From contig CP070758.1 of assembly GCA_020348925.1 (NCBI GenBank), positions 434,001-498,000 on the forward strand: a DNA stretch of 64,000 nucleotides, written 5' to 3'. Below the pieces are notes generated by a model, which did not search any database, was not told where the DNA came from, and worked only from the letters and a program-made list of their open reading frames with translations. This DNA is from Gemmatimonadota bacterium (lineage in GTDB: Bacteria; JBHIER01; G020348925). Within the stretch, counting starts at the first letter, position 1; the number at the start of each line of letters is the position of its first letter. Shown here in pieces: positions 40,343 to 48,809 of the stretch. A program made the translations under genes and the position numbers.

Positions 40343-42340
40343 TTGTGTGCAACCTCAGTGTTTTCAAAATTGTGTGTCGCGGTGAACGTGCGCGCTTCGA
40401 TTCTTCTCAGAGCAGAAAAGATACAAAAAGAACTTGGTCTCCTTGTCATACTCACGACGATATGCGGGGCTCTGGCCAACACGTCAATCGCTCAGGTCGT
40501 GTACGATCTTAATTTAGGAAATGAAAACATACGGATACAGGGCAGGAATCCGCTGGACGGTCTCGGCCGGGCTGTAGCCAGTGGTGATATCAACGGGGAC
40601 GGCCTCGACGACATCATCATCGGGGCCTTCAGGGCCGATCCCGCCGGTGGTGAGGATGCCGGTGAGACCTACGTCATTTACGGCAGCACGGATTTCCCTA
40701 TCGATCACACCATAGATCTGAACTCCGTCCCTGCGGATGTGACCGTCAGCGGCGCTCACGAACATGACAGACTCGGAAAATCACTCACGAGCGGGGATGT
40801 CAACGGCGACTCCATCGACGATGTTATCATCGGGGCCTACTGGGTCGATCCACCAGGCGGTGAGGATGCCGGTGCGACGTACGTCATTTTCGGCAGAAGG
40901 ACTTTTCCGGTCCATCACACCATAGACCTGAGCTCAGTCTCTGCGGACATCACCGTTTGTGGTGCCCACGAGCACGATGAGTTCGGGAAATCCGTATCCA
41001 GCGGCGACGTCAACGGCGACTCCATCGACGATATCATTATCGGGGCATACCATGCCGATCCCCCGGACTGTGAGAATGCCGGTGAAACTTATGTCATTTA
41101 CGGCAGCGGAAATTTCCCGCCCAACCATATCGTCGATCTCAATTCAGGGACCGCGGACATCACCATCTGCGGTGCTCATAAGTTCGATGAGTCCGGGAGA
41201 TCGGTCTCCAGTTGCGATGTCAACGGTGACTCCGTTGAGGATATCCTCATCGGAGCACCCAATACAGATCCTGTTGGTGGGGCGAACGCCGGCGCGACAA
41301 ATATCATTTACGGCAACCGTGCTTTTCCCGACAAGCACAGGATCGATCTCGGGGTGACCTCAACTGATATCATCATATACGGCGATGATATTGACGACTG
41401 GTTCGGTTCCTCCACAGCGACCGGCGATATCAACGGAGATGGCATCGACGATATGATCATCGGCGCCCATGGCGCCGGTTCAGGTGCCCGCCTCCTTTCC
41501 GGGAGAACGTACGTCATATATGGAGACGATCATTTTCAGGGCGCGCAGTCCATAGATTTGAATACCATTTCGGCCGATGTTACGATTCTCGGAAATAATT
41601 CTTGGGATTTATCCGGCGAATCCGTATGCTGCGGCGATGTAAACGGTGATGGTTTCGATGATATGATCGTCGGAGCCCCTCAGGCCGACCCGTTCGGCCT
41701 TGTGCAGGACGCCGGAGAGATCTACGTTGTTTTCGGCAGCAGGAGCTTTCCAAAGAGATACACGATAGACCTCGATGCGGTCCCGGCGGATATCAGTATC
41801 TATGGCAAGAGTCCCTATGATTGGGCTGGTGTCTCGATAGCCAGTGGTGATATCAATGGAGATGGAAATGACGACATTATCATCGGGGCCTCCCAAGCCG
41901 ATCCGGAAGGAGGCGCAGACGCCGGCGAGGTCTATGTCATCTATGGTTTTCCAACAGTAATAAGAGATTCCGATGGTGATGAAGTGCCGGATCAATTCGA
42001 TAATTGCCCCCAATATCCAAATCCCGATCAGGGTGACGAAGATGCGGACGGTGCCGGTGACGAGTGCGACAACTGTCCCAAGATCTTCAATCCGAATCAG
42101 GAGGATTCCGATCGAGACGACACAGGCGATGCATGCGAACCCCGACGTGGTGATGTCAACGGTGATTGGGATATCGATCTCTTTGATGTGGTGCTTGTTG
42201 CCAACCATATTTTAGGAACCCACATTTTGGGTGAGGACGTCCGCTGGTTGGCCGATTGCAATGGTGATGACACGATCAACGTCTTGGATGCCCTCGGAAT
42301 TGCATATGTCATACTTGAAATCGGCTGTTGCCCGCCATAG
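40343..42340 (+). CDS. FG-GAP (integrin-alpha-like 7-blade propeller) + TSP3 + dockerin protein
   Basis: Seven GD(I/V)NGD..DD.IIGA...YVI(Y/F)G repeats, DNCP repeats, C-terminal dockerin; start uncertain. Confidence 0.88.
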   Translation: MCATSVFSKLCVAVNVRASILLRAEKIQKELGLLVILTTICGALANTSIAQVVYDLNLGNENIRIQGRNPLDGLGRAVASGDINGDGLDDIIIGAFRADPAGGEDAGETYVIYGSTDFPIDHTIDLNSVPADVTVSGAHEHDRLGKSLTSGDVNGDSIDDVIIGAYWVDPPGGEDAGATYVIFGRRTFPVHHTIDLSSVSADITVCGAHEHDEFGKSVSSGDVNGDSIDDIIIGAYHADPPDCENAGETYVIYGSGNFPPNHIVDLNSGTADITICGAHKFDESGRSVSSCDVNGDSVEDILIGAPNTDPVGGANAGATNIIYGNRAFPDKHRIDLGVTSTDIIIYGDDIDDWFGSSTATGDINGDGIDDMIIGAHGAGSGARLLSGRTYVIYGDDHFQGAQSIDLNTISADVTILGNNSWDLSGESVCCGDVNGDGFDDMIVGAPQADPFGLVQDAGEIYVVFGSRSFPKRYTIDLDAVPADISIYGKSPYDWAGVSIASGDINGDGNDDIIIGASQADPEGGADAGEVYVIYGFPTVIRDSDGDEVPDQFDNCPQYPNPDQGDEDADGAGDECDNCPKIFNPNQEDSDRDDTGDACEPRRGDVNGDWDIDLFDVVLVANHILGTHILGEDVRWLADCNGDDTINVLDALGIAYVILEIGCCPP

Positions 42341-42794
42341 GTGTTCCCGCATATCAAAAATCATATCGTTTTTTTTTAACCCATTGTCGCCCATTCTTCG
42401 TTGCACCTTTTACCGAATGCTTTTCAATAATAATTGCCTTGGAATACGATTGAAATGAAACAATAAACCGTGAGGTGATGTCTTACGTTTCAAATGAAGA
42501 GCACGGCGAAATCGCAATCCCTGTTCGGTCATTGCCATGAGCCGTAATCCCGGGCGCATGCAGCTCAGGCCCAGGTGACGCGACCTCCTGCAAAAAGAAA
42601 GATTGTTCTGTCATGCCCCGCGTCACGCGGCCCTCCTCGCACTGACGGGAGTGGAAAAACGTTTTGCTCAAAGATTCAAAATGTGCTTGCCAATACGCAG
42701 AAAATATAACTGACTATCGATAGAGATATATTCCGTCATCTTCAAAAGAGCGCGAACGAGCCCCATGAATCGCTCAATCAAAAGGAGGCCTCGT

Positions 42795-43082
42795 ATGGCA
42801 GCATACGTTATAGCCCGAATCACCGTCACGAACTGGGACCAGTACCAAAAGTATATCGCGGCAACACCGGCAGTGATCGAACAGTTCGCGGGGAAGTTTA
42901 TTGCCCGCGGCGGCGAGACCGTCACATTGGAGGGACCTGAAGAGACACGACGCCTTGTCTTGCTCGAATTCCCCTCAATGGAACAGGCGAAGGCATTTTA
43001 CAATTCACAGGACTACCAGGATGTAATAAAACTCCGGGAGGGCGCTGCCACGGCTTCACTGGTCGCCATCGACGGCGTCTGA
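42795..43082 (+). CDS. DUF1330-family protein
   Basis: MAAYVIA, GKFIARGG..LEG, LEFPS..AKAFYNS.DYQ; AGGAGG RBS. Confidence 0.93.
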   Translation: MAAYVIARITVTNWDQYQKYIAATPAVIEQFAGKFIARGGETVTLEGPEETRRLVLLEFPSMEQAKAFYNSQDYQDVIKLREGAATASLVAIDGV

Positions 43083-43303
43083 ACGAGCCTCGGCAACTGT
43101 AAGCATTACACAGACGAAACGACTATTCTCAAGGACCAGGAAGTTTTGCAACGTGAGCCTCATGAAAAAATACTTGCGCACATCGTGTTAAAAAATTATG
43201 TTATTACCTCTGATAAGCGATGGGACTGAGAATTTTGACACAAACGTGCGATCCCTCAACATACATGGACAAAATTACCACATCTCTCAGACAGGAGGTC
43301 ATA

Positions 43304-45907
43304 ATGAGAACGTTTTTTCTTTCCGCTGTCATCCTTATGTGCATTTTGATTGCTGGCAGTGCTCTCGCCGAGGATCGTGATATCTCCGAGAAAGCTCTCG
43401 AAGCCAAGCTCGAGGCCATACAAAAGGCCATTGAGGAGAAGGGAGCCAACTGGACGGCAGGCATGACCGATATCTTCAGGTTGCCACCTGAGAAATGGAA
43501 ACGCAGATTGGGAGCTCTCGATTCAGTCTCCGAGGAAAAACTTCCCCAAGAGAAACTCCTCATTCGCTATTCCTGGCAGCCGGAATACTTTAGCTGGAAC
43601 GATAGGGACGGGCAAGACTGGATGACGCCGATTACAAATCAAGGGGACTGCGGAAGTTGTGTCGCATTCGGCACTATGGGCACCTTTGAAGGTCAGCTCA
43701 ACATCTACCACGACGATCCGTACCTTGATATGGACCTCTCCGAAGCTCATCTCTTCTTCTGTGGCGACGGTTTGTGCGATGAAGGGTGGTACTCAAACGA
43801 AGCCGCTCAGTTCCTTCAGGAAAGCGGCGTTCCTGATGAGGCCTGCTTTCCATACACGGCAGGCGAAACGGGTGATGACCAACTCTGCGAGGACACGTGT
43901 CCCGACTGGCAGGACCGAGCTGTCAAAATTGCTTGCTGGGGATGGGTCGGAGGTGACGACGGTGTGAGAACCCCGGCGGAGATCAAAGAGCAACTCCTGC
44001 AGGGACCTCTCACCACAAGCATGCAAGTCTACGACGATTTTCAGGCGTACGAAGGCGGCATCTACGAACACGTTTACGGGGAGGAGCCGGGCGGCCACTG
44101 CGTCTGTATCGTCGGCTGGGACGACACAACGGATCCTCCCTGCTGGATCGTACGGAACAGCTGGGGAACAGACTGGGGCGAACGCGGCTACTTCCGGATA
44201 CGGATGGGCTCGAATGAGGTGGGCATTGAAGGCCGAAGCCTCTTCATGGTGACCGGCGAGGCACCTGTCGGATATTTCTCCGATGGCGGTTACAACTACG
44301 GCAACGTGGAGATCGGCTATACGGAGGACTGGGAGATGAATATTGTCAACGAAGGCACCGGCAGTCTTCAAATCTACAGTTATTCCAGCACGCTTCCCGA
44401 CTTCTATGTCAGTGCCCCGACCACGTTCCCTCAGACAATACCGCCGGGAGGTTCCCAGGACTTCACCATCACCTTTGCCCCCATCGCACTGGAAACGCGG
44501 CAGGGCCGGATGACATTTGACAGCAACAACTGCAAAGAACTTCCCGAGCTTCGACTCCGTGGAACGGGTATTGTTCGCTACGTCAGACCGACACCCACTT
44601 CATTAGAAGCGACGCTTTTTCAGGGTCAGACAACCACCCTTCCCCTCACCTTGACGAATACCAGAGAGAGCACCCTCACATTCACCATTACGATTCTCAG
44701 GGATTGGCTCTCCGCGGACCCGGACAGCGGTACCATGGAGGCCGGGGCCGACGTTACCGTTGATGTGACCTTCGATGCCTCGTCCGTTGAATCGGGAGAA
44801 CATCATACAAATATACTTATATACACCGACGACCCTGAGGATAATGTCGTCGTTGTACCGATCACGTTTTTTGTCGAGGAAGCTGTCATTACTGTTTCCA
44901 CGCCTTCGACCATCAGGTTCACCGATCCCATCTTCGATCTGGGCATTGCCGTTGACACGGAGACGAAGATGAACAAAGCACTGGCGGAGGTATCCATGCA
45001 GGTGGGCTACGATCCGGAATTCCTGGAACTTCTCTCCGTCAATCCCACCTCCCGCTGCGACCACATGAGCGACTTCCTGTGGGAGGTGACCGAGCCCGGG
45101 CACGTTACCATCTCGGTCTCAGATGCCGCTGACAACACAATCTCACCCGGAACAGGGGATGTGGTGGAATTCTCTTTCGAAATCCAGGAGGAGAGACCCT
45201 GCGAAAGCTCGACCATGTTGAACGTGAGTGACGTACTCCTCAAGGACGCTTCGGGAGGTACCCTCGATGTTGCGTTTGAGGGGGGTTCCCTCACATTTCT
45301 GTGCAAAGGGGATGTCACCCTGGACGGGGCCGTGAACGTTCTGGACGTGTTAGCTGTCGTCAACCATATCCTGAGCCTCCAGATACTGGAGGGGGAGTCC
45401 CTCGACCGAGCCGATTGCAACGCCGATGTAGCAGTCGATATTCTGGACGCCCTGGGTATCGTCAACGTCGTTCTCGGCATCGGCGAATGCTCGCCAGGGG
45501 CTGTCATGACAGAACCCTCTCTTGAGGTTATTAAATTTCTGGAGACGCTGAAGCCGTATCTGTCGCCCCGGGATTTCTCCGATTTCATGACCATGGTCAA
45601 AGGGGGGACAGCGATCCCCACCGGATACAACCTGGGCCAGAATTACCCCAACCCCTTCAATCCGACGACTGACATCAGTTATCATATATCCCATGGCAGA
45701 GCGTCCGTTCCCATCACGCTCAAGATTTACAACATCCTGGGGCAGCACGTCCGGACGCTGGTCGATGACGTTCAGGAGCCGGGGGATTACACCGTCACAT
45801 GGGACGGGAAAGACGATCTGGGGACCGACGTCTCCAGCGGTATCTATGTCTACAGACTGGCTGCCGCTACCTTTTCCGCCAGTAAGAAGATGGCACTGCT
45901 GAAGTGA
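43304..45907 (+). CDS. Papain-like C1A peptidase + Ig-like domains + cohesin-like + dockerin + T9SS/FlgD-type CTD
   Basis: QGDCGSCV, GHCVCIVGW, RNSWG; YDPEFLELLSV...GTGDVVEFSFEI cohesin-like; GDVTLDG...ADCNAD; QNYPNPFNP. Confidence 0.9.
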   Translation: MRTFFLSAVILMCILIAGSALAEDRDISEKALEAKLEAIQKAIEEKGANWTAGMTDIFRLPPEKWKRRLGALDSVSEEKLPQEKLLIRYSWQPEYFSWNDRDGQDWMTPITNQGDCGSCVAFGTMGTFEGQLNIYHDDPYLDMDLSEAHLFFCGDGLCDEGWYSNEAAQFLQESGVPDEACFPYTAGETGDDQLCEDTCPDWQDRAVKIACWGWVGGDDGVRTPAEIKEQLLQGPLTTSMQVYDDFQAYEGGIYEHVYGEEPGGHCVCIVGWDDTTDPPCWIVRNSWGTDWGERGYFRIRMGSNEVGIEGRSLFMVTGEAPVGYFSDGGYNYGNVEIGYTEDWEMNIVNEGTGSLQIYSYSSTLPDFYVSAPTTFPQTIPPGGSQDFTITFAPIALETRQGRMTFDSNNCKELPELRLRGTGIVRYVRPTPTSLEATLFQGQTTTLPLTLTNTRESTLTFTITILRDWLSADPDSGTMEAGADVTVDVTFDASSVESGEHHTNILIYTDDPEDNVVVVPITFFVEEAVITVSTPSTIRFTDPIFDLGIAVDTETKMNKALAEVSMQVGYDPEFLELLSVNPTSRCDHMSDFLWEVTEPGHVTISVSDAADNTISPGTGDVVEFSFEIQEERPCESSTMLNVSDVLLKDASGGTLDVAFEGGSLTFLCKGDVTLDGAVNVLDVLAVVNHILSLQILEGESLDRADCNADVAVDILDALGIVNVVLGIGECSPGAVMTEPSLEVIKFLETLKPYLSPRDFSDFMTMVKGGTAIPTGYNLGQNYPNPFNPTTDISYHISHGRASVPITLKIYNILGQHVRTLVDDVQEPGDYTVTWDGKDDLGTDVSSGIYVYRLAAATFSASKKMALLK

Positions 45908-45932
45908 TTGAACCCCTCTGTGTGAACACAAC

Positions 45933-45966
45933 AAGCCCTTTTGAGACTATTCAAGAGGGCTTTTGT
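45933..45966 (+). terminator. Rho-independent terminator
   Basis: aagcccttttga-gactat-tcaagagggctt then ttgt. Confidence 0.75.
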
Positions 45967-45997
45967 GGTTCTAAAATGAAAAGGTCCGAGGAAGATC

Positions 45998-48721
45998 ATG
46001 TTTTATAAAGGTACGCTTTCAGCCCTACTGTCGATCATCGTCATAACGAACGGTGCCTGGTCCGTCTCCCCGAAGCCGGGACTTTTCGACAAGGGAGGTT
46101 ACTGCGCGAAAACTGCGGCCTGGATGCCCCGTACTCAGCTCGGGGTGGATGTTCCCGAACCCCGCAAGGCTCCGGTGACAGGGAGTTTCAGGGCCATCGT
46201 GCTTCTGGTCGAATTCTCCGATCGTCGAGCCGATAAAGAGAACCACTCCCAGGGGGCTTTTCGCACGTTGTTGTTCGATTCCACGGGAGTTGTGGTAACG
46301 GGAAGCATGCACGAATATTTCCAAGAGGTTTCTTACGGCCGACTGTTCCTATGGGGAGAGGTGAGTGTCTGGATGGAGGCCCCACAGACGAACAGCTACT
46401 ATGCCGATGATCAGTTCGGCCAGGGGCGTTGGCCCAGAAATCGTGTCAGACTGGCCTACGACGTCGTCGCAGCCGCAGATCAGTATGTCGACTTCTCCCA
46501 GTATGATGGGGACGGAGACGGCATCGTCGACGCCCTCTTCATCGTCCACGCCGGAGCGGGTGGTGAGGAGACGGGCAAAACCAACGACCTCTGGTCCCAC
46601 AAAGGCACACTCCCTGCACATTCGAACGGGACGGGGTCAGGCTACGGAACCGACGATGGTGTCACAGTCGGACCCTATACGATGCAACCTGAGGAACATG
46701 AGGACGAGGGATTGATCAGCATCGGTGTCTTCTGTCATGAATTCGGCCATGTCCTGGGACTGCCGGATCTCTATGATCGGGACAACAGCATCGCCGGTAT
46801 CGGGAACTGGGGCCTCATGGGCGGGGGAAGTTGGGGTGGGGACGGCCGATCGCCGGAAACTCCGGTCCATCTGTGTGCCTGGTCGAAGGAGCGAGTGGGC
46901 TGGATTGCGCCCATTGCGATGACACAAAACGTCCGAGACCAAACGATTCGGCGCGTCGAAGACCATAACGACGTCTATAAACTCTGGGCCCAGGGTATGC
47001 CAGCCACCGAATATTTCCTCATTGAAAATCGACAGCCCGTTGGATTTGATTCCGAAATCCCAAGCGGAGGATTGCTGATCTGGCACATCGACAACTCGGT
47101 GACGACCCAGAATGACAACGAATTCGATAAACTCGTCGATCTTGAAGCGGCCGATGGTGCGCGGGACTTGGACCGCGGTACGAACCGAGGCGACGCGGGC
47201 GACCCTTTCCCCGGGGCTGCAGAGAACGTCGCGTTTCATCTTTTCTCCCAACCAAACTCACGAACAAAAGGGGGCGCACCCTCCCAGGTCTCCGTCCTCA
47301 ACATAGGCACCTCTCACGAAAGCATGAGGGCGGATCTTCAGGTCACAGCCGAAGTCCCCCTTTTCTCCCTAAAGGACATGACCGTCATCGACACTCGGGG
47401 TAATGCCAACGGAAGGGCCGATCCCGGTGAGGATGTTGACTTTGTCATCGCCCTGGAAAATTTCGGCCGTGAGGCGTCCGGGCTTCGGGGGAAGGTGATG
47501 ACCACGGATCAGCATCTTGAGATACTCCTCGATGATGTTCCTTTTCACGATCTCCCCTTCAATGCCACAGGCACGAACGGGAGCAATCCTTTCGAGTTCT
47601 CCATCGCCACCTCGGCCGATCTCCACTACGCCTATTTCACTCTGAATCTCTGGGAAGAGGGGCACACGGACACGGCAGAGATACTCTTCAGACTCGTCAT
47701 CGGTCAACCGGATGTGCTCCTTGTGGACGACGATTACGATTCCGGGGATGGCTTATGGGTATTCGACGTTGAGGCGTATTACCGGGGAGCGCTGGACAGT
47801 GTAGGTGTCGTTCACGATTCCTGGACCTGGGCGGAGAAAGGCGCACCGGATGCTGCGCATCTCAAGACATATGATATCGTCATCTGGTTCACCGGACACG
47901 CGACGCCTTCATTGAGTCAGGAGGACATTCACAATCTCACCTCCTTTCTCGACAGCGGAGGCGGATTGTTTCTTTCCGGCCAGGATGTGGGAGTGGGGCT
48001 CCAATCCTTACCTTTTCTATCAGACTACTTGCATGCCCAATTCATCGAGAACAATTCAAACGAAGGCTTCATCGCGGCCGTTCCTGAAGATCCATTGAGC
48101 GGTGATATCCCCGGCCTTTTGGTTTTGAGTGGAAATGATGCCGCCAACAATCAGCCTTCCCCGGATGTCATCACCCCACTCTCCGGTGCGACACCTGTGT
48201 TTGAGTATACACCCTCGGGCCGGACGGCAGCCCTGAAGTATGCCGGTGCGTACAGGGTCGTCTATTTTGCCTTCGGTTTCGAGGCCCTCTCGGGTCTCGG
48301 CCCGGATAGCAGATCAATCCGGGAGCATCTCATGGCCGGAATCATAGACTGGCTGAGGGCCGGAGCAACAGAAATCGAAGATACCCACGCGGATATTCCT
48401 CCACCTCATGACTATTCACTATCCCAGAATTATCCCAACCCCTTCAACGCAACCACGACCATCCGCTATACCTTACCGGGTGGAGAATGGAAAACAGAAT
48501 ACGGAGAACGGAGAACACTATACCACACCACCCTCACAATTTACAACACACTCGGTCAGAAAGTACGAACGCTGGTCAATGAGGAAAAGGAACAAGGTGA
48601 GTATACAATGAAATGGGATGGTAGCGACAAAGATGGGAGAGAGGTTTCAAGTGGGATCTACTTCTATCGTCTGGAAACAGGACCTTTCAGCAAAACGAAA
48701 CGCCTGCTTCTCCTAAAGTAA
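45998..48721 (+). CDS. M6 (immune inhibitor A-like) metallopeptidase with T9SS/FlgD-type CTD
   Basis: HEFGHVLGLPDLY, LMGGGSW, EYFLIENRQ, GLLIWHID, QNYPNPFN. Confidence 0.93.
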   Translation: MFYKGTLSALLSIIVITNGAWSVSPKPGLFDKGGYCAKTAAWMPRTQLGVDVPEPRKAPVTGSFRAIVLLVEFSDRRADKENHSQGAFRTLLFDSTGVVVTGSMHEYFQEVSYGRLFLWGEVSVWMEAPQTNSYYADDQFGQGRWPRNRVRLAYDVVAAADQYVDFSQYDGDGDGIVDALFIVHAGAGGEETGKTNDLWSHKGTLPAHSNGTGSGYGTDDGVTVGPYTMQPEEHEDEGLISIGVFCHEFGHVLGLPDLYDRDNSIAGIGNWGLMGGGSWGGDGRSPETPVHLCAWSKERVGWIAPIAMTQNVRDQTIRRVEDHNDVYKLWAQGMPATEYFLIENRQPVGFDSEIPSGGLLIWHIDNSVTTQNDNEFDKLVDLEAADGARDLDRGTNRGDAGDPFPGAAENVAFHLFSQPNSRTKGGAPSQVSVLNIGTSHESMRADLQVTAEVPLFSLKDMTVIDTRGNANGRADPGEDVDFVIALENFGREASGLRGKVMTTDQHLEILLDDVPFHDLPFNATGTNGSNPFEFSIATSADLHYAYFTLNLWEEGHTDTAEILFRLVIGQPDVLLVDDDYDSGDGLWVFDVEAYYRGALDSVGVVHDSWTWAEKGAPDAAHLKTYDIVIWFTGHATPSLSQEDIHNLTSFLDSGGGLFLSGQDVGVGLQSLPFLSDYLHAQFIENNSNEGFIAAVPEDPLSGDIPGLLVLSGNDAANNQPSPDVITPLSGATPVFEYTPSGRTAALKYAGAYRVVYFAFGFEALSGLGPDSRSIREHLMAGIIDWLRAGATEIEDTHADIPPPHDYSLSQNYPNPFNATTTIRYTLPGGEWKTEYGERRTLYHTTLTIYNTLGQKVRTLVNEEKEQGEYTMKWDGSDKDGREVSSGIYFYRLETGPFSKTKRLLLLK

Positions 48722-48809
48722 ACTCTCCACTTCGAACGAAGCCTCGATGGAGTCTCGCCCTCCCAAACCTCAATTCAAGAACGTGAGGGCAAGTGTCCTC
48801 TTTTTCGAA

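Noticed and set aside
42146-42154. RGD integrin-ligand motif next to an integrin-like propeller
   Set aside because: RGD is simply the usual start of the first dockerin Ca-loop (xGD) and recurs in other dockerins here
38067-45907. Diversity-generating retroelement TR/VR pair in the similar C-terminal cassettes
   Set aside because: Differences are not adenine-specific, both copies are coding, and no reverse transcriptase is in the window
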